From the NCBI GenBank assembly GCA_964568655.1, contig CAZMRG010000002.1, positions 1 through 60,396 on the forward strand: 60,396 nucleotides of DNA. The letters run 5' to 3'. This document shows, piece after piece, positions 1 to 7,307 of the stretch (within the stretch, counting starts at the first letter, position 1; every line of letters begins with the position of its first letter). The position numbers and the translations under genes were made by a program. Source of the DNA: an uncultured Ignavibacteriales bacterium. GTDB taxonomy: Bacteria > Bacteroidota > Ignavibacteria > Tepidaquicellales > OLB5. The notes beneath the pieces were generated by a model, which saw only the letters and a list, made by a program, of their open reading frames with translations, ran no database searches and had not been told where the DNA came from.

Positions 1-122
1 CAATGTTTAAAGTATCAAAGGAATTCAAAAAAACTGTTAATGACAGTCTGGTTAAATAAGTAACAGAAGGCAAAAAGCAAAAGGCAGAAGGCAAAAACAA
101 AATAAAAATCTTGATTAAATTC

Positions 123-191
123 AGCTCCGTAGGAGCGACATATTTGTAGAATATTTTAAAAGAAACCAGTAGCTCCGTAGGAGCGACATAT
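123..191. repeat. Two direct copies of a 21-nt hairpin unit, AGCTCCGTAGGAGCGACATAT (123-143 and 171-191).
   Basis: The two 21-mers are identical and lie 48 nt apart. Each contains the GCTCC/GGAGC stem. A purine-rich GAAGGCAAAA-type tract lies just upstream (about 66-98). Confidence 0.8.
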
Positions 192-247
192 AAATTCAGA
201 GTGGAAATAAATTAAACAAATAATCTAATAAAATTTAAAGGAGCAAA

Positions 248-342
248 ATGCCGAGCGGAAAAAAGAGAAAACGCCATAAAATGGCAACCCACAAGAGGAA
301 AAAAAGACTGAGAAAGAATCGTCACAAAAAAAGAATAAGATA
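248..342 (+). CDS. bS22-type (mS38 / AURKAIP1-COX24-like) Lys/Arg-rich mini ribosomal protein, with the frame broken at an A6 run (299-304).
   Basis: AAGGAG at 238-243 precedes the ATG at 248. The frame reads MPSGKKRKRHKMATHKRKK, then GAC-TGA (308-310). The -1 frame from 304 continues RLRKNRHKKRIR to TAA (340-342). The gene is too short for the ORF track. Confidence 0.55.
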
Positions 343-373
343 AGTTAAGTTAAGTAAGTTAATTTAGACAAAT

Positions 374-411
374 AATTAACCGGTTAATTTTATTAGCCGG
401 TTATATTTTTT
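374..411 (+). terminator. Candidate intrinsic terminator after the mini-ORF.
   Basis: Perfect palindrome AATTAACCGGTTAATT (374-389), a second TAACCGG/CCGGTTA pairing, then a T-run. Confidence 0.4.
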
Positions 412-470
412 ATCAATAAATTATTTTTTTTGGGTTTAGAAGTTCAATCCTTAGCAAACAGCATGACAGG

Positions 471-929
471 TCATTCCACAAGTTCTTTATGTTTTTTGGC
501 GGCAAGATCAATGTAGTATCTTACATTCAGTTTGTTTAGAATGGGGATTACGCTAAGCATCCTGCAGCGTACCTTTTTAATAACTCCGCTCTCGTCGGAA
601 TATTGTATGACAGCGCTTTTACGGGTAGAAAGATTTTCATGAAAGCCTCCCTGGTCTATATGCAGCAAGCTATCAAGAACGGTTCTGCAAAATATCATGC
701 TTTCACTGTCGGCGGGGATATCGTATTTCAGCGTGTCCCGTGTTTTATCAACAAAATAAACCAGCTTGCCTGCACCATCTTTTGAGTAAGTGAATTCATA
801 CCAATACCATCCGTCATCGTTCCCATTGTGATTAAATTGCCCTACTATCAGCTTATCCCATGACTGCGAATAAGCGTTATCCGGCAAATAAACCAACAAC
901 GCCAGAATAAGAAAAAAATATTTTCTCAT
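471..929 (-). CDS. Hypothetical secreted protein (152 aa).
   Basis: Long ORF with an N-terminal signal-peptide-like segment, MRKYFFLILALLVYLPDNAYS. I recognise no family. Confidence 0.6.
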   Translation of the reverse strand: MRKYFFLILALLVYLPDNAYSQSWDKLIVGQFNHNGNDDGWYWYEFTYSKDGAGKLVYFVDKTRDTLKYDIPADSESMIFCRTVLDSLLHIDQGGFHENLSTRKSAVIQYSDESGVIKKVRCRMLSVIPILNKLNVRYYIDLAAKKHKELVE

Positions 930-945
930 AAATTTTTTATCTATT

Positions 946-991
946 CACTCTATGCACTTCTATGCACTCTACTCACTCTATGCACTCTATA
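946..991. repeat. Tandem array of about 5 copies of a 9-10-nt unit (CACTCTATG).
   Basis: CACTCTATG CACTTCTATG CACTCTACT CACTCTATG CACTCTATA fills the spacer between the guaB stop and the next gene's start. Confidence 0.8.
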
Positions 992-993
992 CA

Positions 994-2466
994 CTAACGC
1001 CTCACTTGATAATTCGGCGCTTCTTTAGTTACCATTACGTCATGTGGATGCGATTCTTTTAGTCCCGCGTTTGTTATCTCAATAAACTTGGAATTTGTTT
1101 GCAGCAGCTTAATTGTTCCGCAGCCGCAATAGCCCATGGCTGATTTAAGTCCGCCCACCATTTGATATATAACATCTGCCAGCGGCCCTTTGTAAGGCAC
1201 TCTGCCCTCGATGCCTTCCGGCACCATTTTAGATAGCTCTTCTTCGGGATCCTGAAAGTACCTGTCTCCGCTTCCGGCTTTCATAGCTTCAAGCGAGCCC
1301 ATGCCCCGGTACATTTTAAAGCTGCGCCCTTCGTAAAGGACTTTCTCGCCGGGTGATTCTTCCGTACCGGCAAGCAAGCCGCCTATCATAACGCTATCAG
1401 CGCCTGCAGCAATCGCTTTGGGTATATCCCCTGTTTGCTTGATACCGCCATCTGAGATTATCGGGATGTTATATTTTCTTGCCGCCTCGACCGCATTGAA
1501 CACAGCCGTGATCTGCGGCATACCAACGCCGGCAACAATACGCGTTGTGCAAATTGAGCCTGCGCCAATCCCGACTTTAACCGCATCAACGCCCGCTTTA
1601 ATTAACTCCAACGTACCTTCTGTAGTTGCAACGTTTCCGGCGATCAGCTCTATATCAAATTTCTTTTTGATGAGCTTCACCATTTCGATAACGCCGTGCG
1701 AGTGTCCGTGCGCGGTATCGACCACAATCACATCAACGCTTGCTTTAACAAGGGCTTTCACTCTGTCGAGCGTATCGTGAGTCACGCCTACCCCTGCGCC
1801 GCAGAGCAGTCTGCCATAGCTATCCTTAGCTGCCAGCGGATGCTTTTTACGTTTAATAATATCTTTAAACGTAATCAGCCCTTTAATCTTTCCATATTTA
1901 TCCACTACCGGAAGCTTTTCGACCTTATACTTTTGCAGGATTTTTTCCGCCTGCAGAAGCGTTGTGCCTACGGGAGCAGTGATGAGGTTTTCCGTAGTCA
2001 TGAGTTTTTGCACTTTGATCTTTGGATTCGGTTCAAAGCGCAGGTCGCGGTTGGTTAAGATGCCAATCAGCTCGTTTTTGTCGTTCACTATGGGGAAACC
2101 GGAGATCTGGTAGCGCTCCATCAGCCGGTTAGCCTCGCCTACGGTTTGGTCGGCTTTAAGCGTGATGGGGTCCTGTATCATACCGCTCTCGCTGCGTTTT
2201 ACGCGGTCGACTTCCGACGCCTGTTTTTCTATCGACATATTTTTATGCAGTATGCCGATGCCGCCCTCGCGCGCCATAGCGATAGCAAGCTCTGATTCCG
2301 TGACGGTATCCATAGCGGCCGATAGAATAGGAATGTTGAGATTAATGTTGCGTGTTAGACGTGTGGAAACATTTACGTCCCTTGGTAAGACCTTTGATTT
2401 TGCCGGAACCAGCAAAATATCATCAAAGGTTATTGCTTTTTCGATGATTTTACTTTTATGTGCCAT
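994..2466 (-). CDS. guaB: Inosine-5'-monophosphate dehydrogenase.
   Basis: 490 aa with tandem CBS region, catalytic loop [11 protein letters not shown] and the GGIKQTGDI / MIGG motifs. Confidence 0.97.
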   Translation of the reverse strand: MAHKSKIIEKAITFDDILLVPAKSKVLPRDVNVSTRLTRNINLNIPILSAAMDTVTESELAIAMAREGGIGILHKNMSIEKQASEVDRVKRSESGMIQDPITLKADQTVGEANRLMERYQISGFPIVNDKNELIGILTNRDLRFEPNPKIKVQKLMTTENLITAPVGTTLLQAEKILQKYKVEKLPVVDKYGKIKGLITFKDIIKRKKHPLAAKDSYGRLLCGAGVGVTHDTLDRVKALVKASVDVIVVDTAHGHSHGVIEMVKLIKKKFDIELIAGNVATTEGTLELIKAGVDAVKVGIGAGSICTTRIVAGVGMPQITAVFNAVEAARKYNIPIISDGGIKQTGDIPKAIAAGADSVMIGGLLAGTEESPGEKVLYEGRSFKMYRGMGSLEAMKAGSGDRYFQDPEEELSKMVPEGIEGRVPYKGPLADVIYQMVGGLKSAMGYCGCGTIKLLQTNSKFIEITNAGLKESHPHDVMVTKEAPNYQVRR

Positions 2467-3041
2467 AGCAAATATAGCAAAAAAGTTTTTAATTTAAAAA
2501 TACCAAGAAAGAGTAGGGTAAAAAACTTTGCCACTAAGACACAAAAACACAAAGAAAATAATAAATAACAAATAGTAAAAAAAAAGATTAACCGCCAAGG
2601 CGCAAAGGGATTTTTTTTATTCTCAGCTTTTTTGTCATTCTCCTGCCTGTACAGCCAGACCTTGAAAAAAGTGGTACATCCCGCTTGCGGGGAGAAGGGG
2701 AATTACAGTCCCCCCTTTTCTTTGTTAAAGGGGGGTTGAGATTTCTAAATACAAGATTACTGTAGATTGAATATTATTTTGAGTATTAGAATAATTGAGA
2801 TGAGGGTTTATTTTTAAAGAACAACAAAAACCAAGATTCCTCCGATTTAATCGGGACGGGAATGACAAAGGTTTAGGGTTTACCTTTATTCGTGCCACGA
2901 CATGGAGTCGTAGCACGAGACTACACCGCATGGGAATGACAAGCTAATGGGGGTTTAATGCTTGGCAGATCGTTCGGGGGAACCCTCCAAAGGCGGGTAA
3001 ACGTATAGCCAGCACAAGACCCATTCTCCTGCCGGAACTAT
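2467..3041. repeat. Intergenic mosaic of several unrelated GC-rich hairpin repeats.
   Basis: Examples are TCCCGC-TT-GCGGGA, CCCCCCTTT...AAAGGGGGG, TCCGATT-T-AATCGGA, CGTGCCACGAC...GTCGTAGCACG and recurring GGGAATGACAA ends. The 68-aa ORF here looks spurious. Confidence 0.6.
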
Positions 3042-3653
3042 TTAATACGTTACAAAAGTCCCGATCATATCATAATAGTCCTGCATGAGAGCGCGCCGGT
3101 CATAAGCTTTTACAGCGCCCGGGTCATATACACCTAAATTAGTACTATGAATAAACAGCCTGATCCCGAAACAATGAGCGCCTGATGAAACTGCATACAC
3201 GGTTTCATAGTAGTAATTGCCAGTAGCCGCTTCATCGCGTTCCGCTATAGTATAAGTTTCGCCGCCGGCCGTTGTGCCGGGAATTTCAGTTATTGACTCC
3301 CCGCTTTCCAGAAAATTTTTAGCGCTGGAGCCTGCGGGAAGCCACTCAACGCTTATATATGAATCGTCCGTAAGGTTTGTGCCGCTGGTAAGCGCAGCCG
3401 GAACATTAAAAGAAACCCCGGGTATCGATCCTGATGTCAAAAAAGTATAAGTATATGATGTGTTTTTAGTATAAGAGCTCAGGTACTTAATTGAAAATCC
3501 AATCATGCTGTTTTTATACTTCTTCCATACGGCGTTAATATCCGTAGTTTTTACAAATGATTGTCCGTTATTGCCCGTAAAATTGCCGGGGGCGCTAAGT
3601 GTAAGTCCCTGTATGAAAATGATCAAAGCCAGCGTTAAAAATGTTTTTTTCAT
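3042..3653 (-). CDS. Hypothetical secreted protein (203 aa).
   Basis: Signal peptide MKKTFLTLALIIFIQGLTLSA. No recognised domain. Confidence 0.6.
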   Translation of the reverse strand: MKKTFLTLALIIFIQGLTLSAPGNFTGNNGQSFVKTTDINAVWKKYKNSMIGFSIKYLSSYTKNTSYTYTFLTSGSIPGVSFNVPAALTSGTNLTDDSYISVEWLPAGSSAKNFLESGESITEIPGTTAGGETYTIAERDEAATGNYYYETVYAVSSGAHCFGIRLFIHSTNLGVYDPGAVKAYDRRALMQDYYDMIGTFVTY

Positions 3654-3825
3654 TTATTTAATTTTGGTTTTAGTTTATAAAATGCTGAAACTCTTAACGC
3701 CCCCGTTAGCTGAAATAAAAAAAAGGGCAACGTTTTAATTATACATTAAAACTTTTTTGCCCCTTGGCAATAATAGAATATTCTTTTCACAAATACAATG
3801 ATTTATTGGGAAGGTGAATCCTTAT

Positions 3826-3888
3826 AAACACGTCTCCCCCTGCCTGCAGCAGGCAGGCCTGACAGGGGGAGATACCAGAGGGGGTGGC
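3826..3888. repeat. Compound-palindrome element, copy 1.
   Basis: AAACACGTCTCCCCCTGCCTGCAGCAGGCAGGCCTGACAGGGGGAGATACCAGAGGGGGTGGC. The outer stem is TCTCCCCCTG/CAGGGGGAGA and the inner stem is GCCTGC/GCAGGC. Confidence 0.85.
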
Positions 3889-4110
3889 GACACATGTCCT
3901 CACCTCCCCCTACCCCCTCCTGTCAGGAGGGGGCGGCATTTTTTTTGTACTCCCAAACTAGAGTTTGGGCCTCAGGGTTAAACCTGAATACATAACCAGT
4001 TGAAATTAATAATAGGATTCGATTGTGAGAATTATTACAATGTGGGTTCAAACGCTTTTGCGGCTCGTTCGGGGAACGAGCCCTACAGTAAAATTGTTCA
4101 TTAGAGTCGA

Positions 4111-4181
4111 CTCAGGGTTAAACACGTCTCCCCCTGCCTGCAGCAGGCAGGCCTAACAGGGGGAGATACAGAGGGGGTGGC
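4111..4181. repeat. Compound-palindrome element, copy 2, with the left extension CTCAGGGTTAAAC.
   Basis: Near-identical to copy 1 (two small differences). A solo CTCAGGGTTAAAC fragment also occurs at 3971-3983. Confidence 0.85.
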
Positions 4182-4260
4182 AAGTTACCCTTGCGTATTG
4201 AGGATTGGAAAAGAAAAGATTACCATCTGGATTCCCGCTTTCGTGGGAATGACAAAGTTG

Positions 4261-5157
4261 TTAACTACAGTCAGGTTCTACACAGCCGCCGTCTTTTCTT
4301 TCTGTTTCAAGGGTTACATGACTGATGTTTAAATGTTCCAGTTCGTGTTTCAATTTATCTTTAATAGCGCTTTCCTCTTTAATATCTATTTCGTTAGCCA
4401 GAACTAAATGCGCGGTCAACGCATTTTCTGTCGTGCTGAGCGCCCATACATGGATATGGTGAATTTCCTCAATGCCTGAAACCTTTGAGGCGCAGTCAGC
4501 AACATCTTTCATGTTTATTCCGCGCGGCACGCCGTCAAGGGTAAGACGAAGGCTCTCTCTCAGCAGCTTCCATGTCCCGAAGAGAATAACTATCGCAATG
4601 GCAATGCTCAGAAGCGGGTCCACCCAGTACAGCTTAGTATAGAAGATAATAATTCCTCCGGCAACCAGTCCAAGAGAAACAACCGCATCTGACATTAAAT
4701 GCAGGTAAGCGCTTTTAATGTTAATATCGTTTTCTTTATCCTTAAGAAACATCAAAGCGGTAAATCCGTTAATGATAATTCCGATTCCCGCAACAGCTGC
4801 AATCACCCCACCGGGCAATGGCTCGGGCTTAAATAAACGATGGAACGCTTCAAAGCTGATTGCGCCGATAGAAACAAGCAACACTACCGCATTTAAAAGC
4901 GCGACAAGTATTGTTGTTTTCCTGTAGCCGTAGGTATATTTTTTATTTGGTTTTACTTTTAGCAATCTGAAAGCTATTAGAGAGAGCGCAAGGCTGGCTA
5001 CATCAGCAAGATTGTGGCCGGCGTCAGAGAGCAGTGAAAGTGAATTAATGTAAAACCCGGCTATTACTTCTATTAAAACAAATAAAGCATTGAGCGTGAT
5101 CCCTATTAGAAATGCACGGTCAATATTACGCTTATTTTCGTGGCTATGGTCGTGCAA
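4261..5157 (-). CDS. Cation diffusion facilitator family divalent-metal efflux transporter (CzcD/ZitB-like).
   Basis: 298 aa with six TM segments, the HSHxxxxN start, the DAGHNLAD and HLMSDA motifs, and a C-terminal cytoplasmic domain. Confidence 0.9.
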   Translation of the reverse strand: MHDHSHENKRNIDRAFLIGITLNALFVLIEVIAGFYINSLSLLSDAGHNLADVASLALSLIAFRLLKVKPNKKYTYGYRKTTILVALLNAVVLLVSIGAISFEAFHRLFKPEPLPGGVIAAVAGIGIIINGFTALMFLKDKENDINIKSAYLHLMSDAVVSLGLVAGGIIIFYTKLYWVDPLLSIAIAIVILFGTWKLLRESLRLTLDGVPRGINMKDVADCASKVSGIEEIHHIHVWALSTTENALTAHLVLANEIDIKEESAIKDKLKHELEHLNISHVTLETERKDGGCVEPDCS

Positions 5158-5264
5158 ACTGTTTACTAAAGCCTTTCTTTATGCGTCGTTATTTCGGAAT
5201 CCGGTTTCATAATACAAATATAACCAATACTGTACTATGGTTTTCAGGAATAAATAATGATTGT

Positions 5265-5537
5265 TCATGGAGTCCCAAGCAGTCTGCCAAAAGGCGGAGT
5301 GGGCTCGGGGTTAAATATCGTCTCCCCTTGCCTGCAGCAGGCAGGCCTAAGATAATAGTTCCCGTCCCCTATTGGCATCATATTAATGCGCCATGCCGAT
5401 TCAGGCTTGCCGTTTACGCGCACAAGAACGGGCATAGGTTTTCGCCAGCCGGATTTAATTTTCGCTGTCCTGGTTTTGCTCACCAGAATATACGGATTTA
5501 CTCCGCGTATTTTTATTTCTGCGGTAAATGTTATCAT
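5265..5537 (-). pseudogene. DUF1905-like small beta-barrel protein whose 3' end is replaced by a repeat element.
   Basis: The N-terminal 63 aa (…VRVNGKPESAWRINMMPIGDGNYYL) fit my recollection of DUF1905. The remaining 27 codons are read out of repeat copy 3 and flanking DNA. Confidence 0.45.
5303..5351. repeat. Compound-palindrome element, copy 3 (left half only).
   Basis: GCTCGGGGTTAAATATCGTCTCCCCTTGCCTGCAGCAGGCAGGCCTAAG. The right arm CAGGGGGAGATA is missing. Confidence 0.8.
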
Positions 5538-5600
5538 AGATGGCGCTATGATAATATATAAATTTGGATTTTGAAAGCCCTTCGGCTAAGCTCCGGGTTA

Positions 5601-5640
5601 TAAAAAAATTCGCGCCGGACGGGGATGTCTCAGCGCGAAT
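5601..5640 (-). terminator. Intrinsic terminator downstream of the 5691-6101 gene.
   Basis: ATTCGCGC...GCGCGAAT stem followed on the minus strand by T7. Confidence 0.6.
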
Positions 5641-5690
5641 ATTATAGTTTGGCACATTATATTGTGAAGTGAGAAAGTAGGCGAATTAAT

Positions 5691-6101
5691 TTATTCTCTT
5701 GTAAACGACCAATCCCCCTTACATCTGACCGAAAGTATGAATGTATTTGATTCCGGTATTTGAATCGATTGTTCATCTTCAAAAGCTCCGGTCTTCTGTT
5801 CCAAATTAAACAATGGCGAACCGTCCCGATTCAGCAAGTCGGCTGTAAAATCACCGCTTCCTGAATAAGTAATATTTACTTTTGTAATACCTACATTTAA
5901 ATATATCTGCTGATCTTTGTCACCTGTAAATTTGTAATTTGATGTGGACGTTTCCCGGCTATTAACAATTTCTTTTTTTGTACCATCATTTGTTGTTGTA
6001 AAAGTATGCCTATAGCTTATGATGCCTGAAAGGATCAATAATCCCACAATAAGCACTAAGCCGCCAAGGTACTTAAAGAATATATCATTTTTCTCAAACA
6101 T
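5691..6101 (-). CDS. Hypothetical membrane-anchored protein (136 aa).
   Basis: Single N-terminal TM segment (LGGLVLIVGLLILSGIISY) followed by a beta-rich soluble part. Confidence 0.55.
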   Translation of the reverse strand: MFEKNDIFFKYLGGLVLIVGLLILSGIISYRHTFTTTNDGTKKEIVNSRETSTSNYKFTGDKDQQIYLNVGITKVNITYSGSGDFTADLLNRDGSPLFNLEQKTGAFEDEQSIQIPESNTFILSVRCKGDWSFTRE

Positions 6102-6118
6102 AATTTTATCTATCTAAA

Positions 6119-6361
6119 TTATTTATAATAAGCTCTGTCTGTTAATTCATGTACCCCGTCTTTATAAGCGCAGTTGGCGCAGCAGTATATATTTCCATGC
6201 GCCTCTACTCCGTGGCCAAGAATAATGCAATCACAGAGTTTACAATGCGGGGCAAGCTTGCTTATAGCGCACTCAAAGCTATCAAACATATAGGTATTTC
6301 CTCCAAATATAACATTAAATGTTTTATCATAATCGTTACCGCATTTATCACATTAAGCCAT
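6119..6361 (-). CDS. Cys/His-rich putative metal-binding mini-protein, with an in-frame TAA at codon 3. The uninterrupted part from ATG 6289 is 56 aa.
   Basis: The minus strand reads MA-TAA-CDKCGNDYDKTFNVIFGGNTYMFDSFECAISKLAPHCKLCDCIILGHGVEAHGNIYCCANCAYKDGVHELTDRAYYK. It lies antisense to the track ORF 6149-6412, which looks spurious. Confidence 0.5.
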
Positions 6362-6764
6362 TGCCTTCTTTGTTTAAGTTTTCATAAAAAATCGGTGAGT
6401 GGCGCTGGATAAGTCTTGCCGCCTTGACTTGATAAATAATAATCGGGACACCAGTTCCTTTTGTTATTTATTTTCCAGCGCTTAAAATATATGCACCCAT
6501 CAGAACATATATTTTTCTCTCACCGATCCATCACTAAATGAGTCCTCTATTATTATATTCAATAAATATGCCAAATTATCAGCATTGAAATAACAGATGG
6601 ATAGAAAATAGAAATATATGGTGATATGACAATGATGTCATTGATTTGCGTATTTTGACACATTAATGTGGTTGTATAAAAATCACCCCATCTCACTGTT
6701 TTGTTGTTGAAAGTTAAGCTATCTTAATCCTGTTGGAATCTTTCTAAATTTTGCAGGAGTTATC

Positions 6765-7106
6765 ATGATATTCAAAAAGCCATCAGTCAGCGCCAATACT
6801 GTCAAAAGAGAATTGCTTTTAGGATTTGATTTTATGGAGAAATATATTAGAAAGAAAAAATCAGCTGCGCCAATCATTTCCTTGCATTGCAGGTATGAAA
6901 TCGAAGATATGGGAGAAAGAACGGTCACATTTTATCTTGTCTCCAATGAGACGGCAGATGTGAGCCGGTTCATAGAGAAATGGAAATTTGAAAAGGTAAA
7001 CGCTCTTCCTTCATCGCTGATACATATTTTGGGCAATTACGAAGCTAAGGTAAAAGAAATTGACCGGGCTAAATTCGAACAAATTTCTCCCGAAACGTTA
7101 TCATAA
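6765..7106 (+). CDS. Hypothetical protein (113 aa).
   Basis: AGGAG lies 5 nt upstream of the ATG. No signal peptide and no recognised family. Confidence 0.5.
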   Translation: MIFKKPSVSANTVKRELLLGFDFMEKYIRKKKSAAPIISLHCRYEIEDMGERTVTFYLVSNETADVSRFIEKWKFEKVNALPSSLIHILGNYEAKVKEIDRAKFEQISPETLS

Positions 7107-7307
7107 TTTTTTTTCGGAATATAGCATTAAACCTTACCCTCGGACTTCCTTTATTGATTATTTCATAAAAAAATCTTCTAACGTAAGCTCCGATAATTTA
7201 TTGTAAATTCAATTTTAAGTAATTGTATTTATTTATATTATTGAAAATTATCTAAGAACGATCTTCAGAAGGTCCTCTGAATAAATGAGAGAATTATCAT
7301 ATTATCA

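Noticed and set aside
1-59. A partial ORF running in from the left edge (…MFKVSKEFKKTVNDSLVK-stop in one frame; another frame is also open, to position 63).
   Set aside because: It is too short, and two frames are open. No motif decides between them, so I make no call.
2725-2931. A 68-aa ORF inside the hairpin-repeat gap.
   Set aside because: It is made almost entirely of repeat units (GGGAATGACAA and other hairpin arms). It has no RBS and no protein-like features.
2467-5351. The possibility that the recurring GC-rich palindromes form a CRISPR array.
   Set aside because: The repeats belong to several different sequences, are irregularly spaced (tens to hundreds of nt apart), are interrupted by genes, and no cas genes are present. 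REP/MITE-like elements fit better.
5112-5561. A 149-aa plus-strand ORF, together with the ORFs at 5386-5574 and 5455-5655.
   Set aside because: They run through the GC-rich repeat and lie antisense to, or overlap, the DUF1905-like ORF. Their composition (R/G/P/C-rich) reflects the repeat, not a protein.
6149-6412. An 87-aa plus-strand ORF from the track.
   Set aside because: The opposite strand gives a Cys/His-rich sequence with clear protein character and a proper stop. The plus-strand product is hydrophobic, low-complexity sequence without an RBS.
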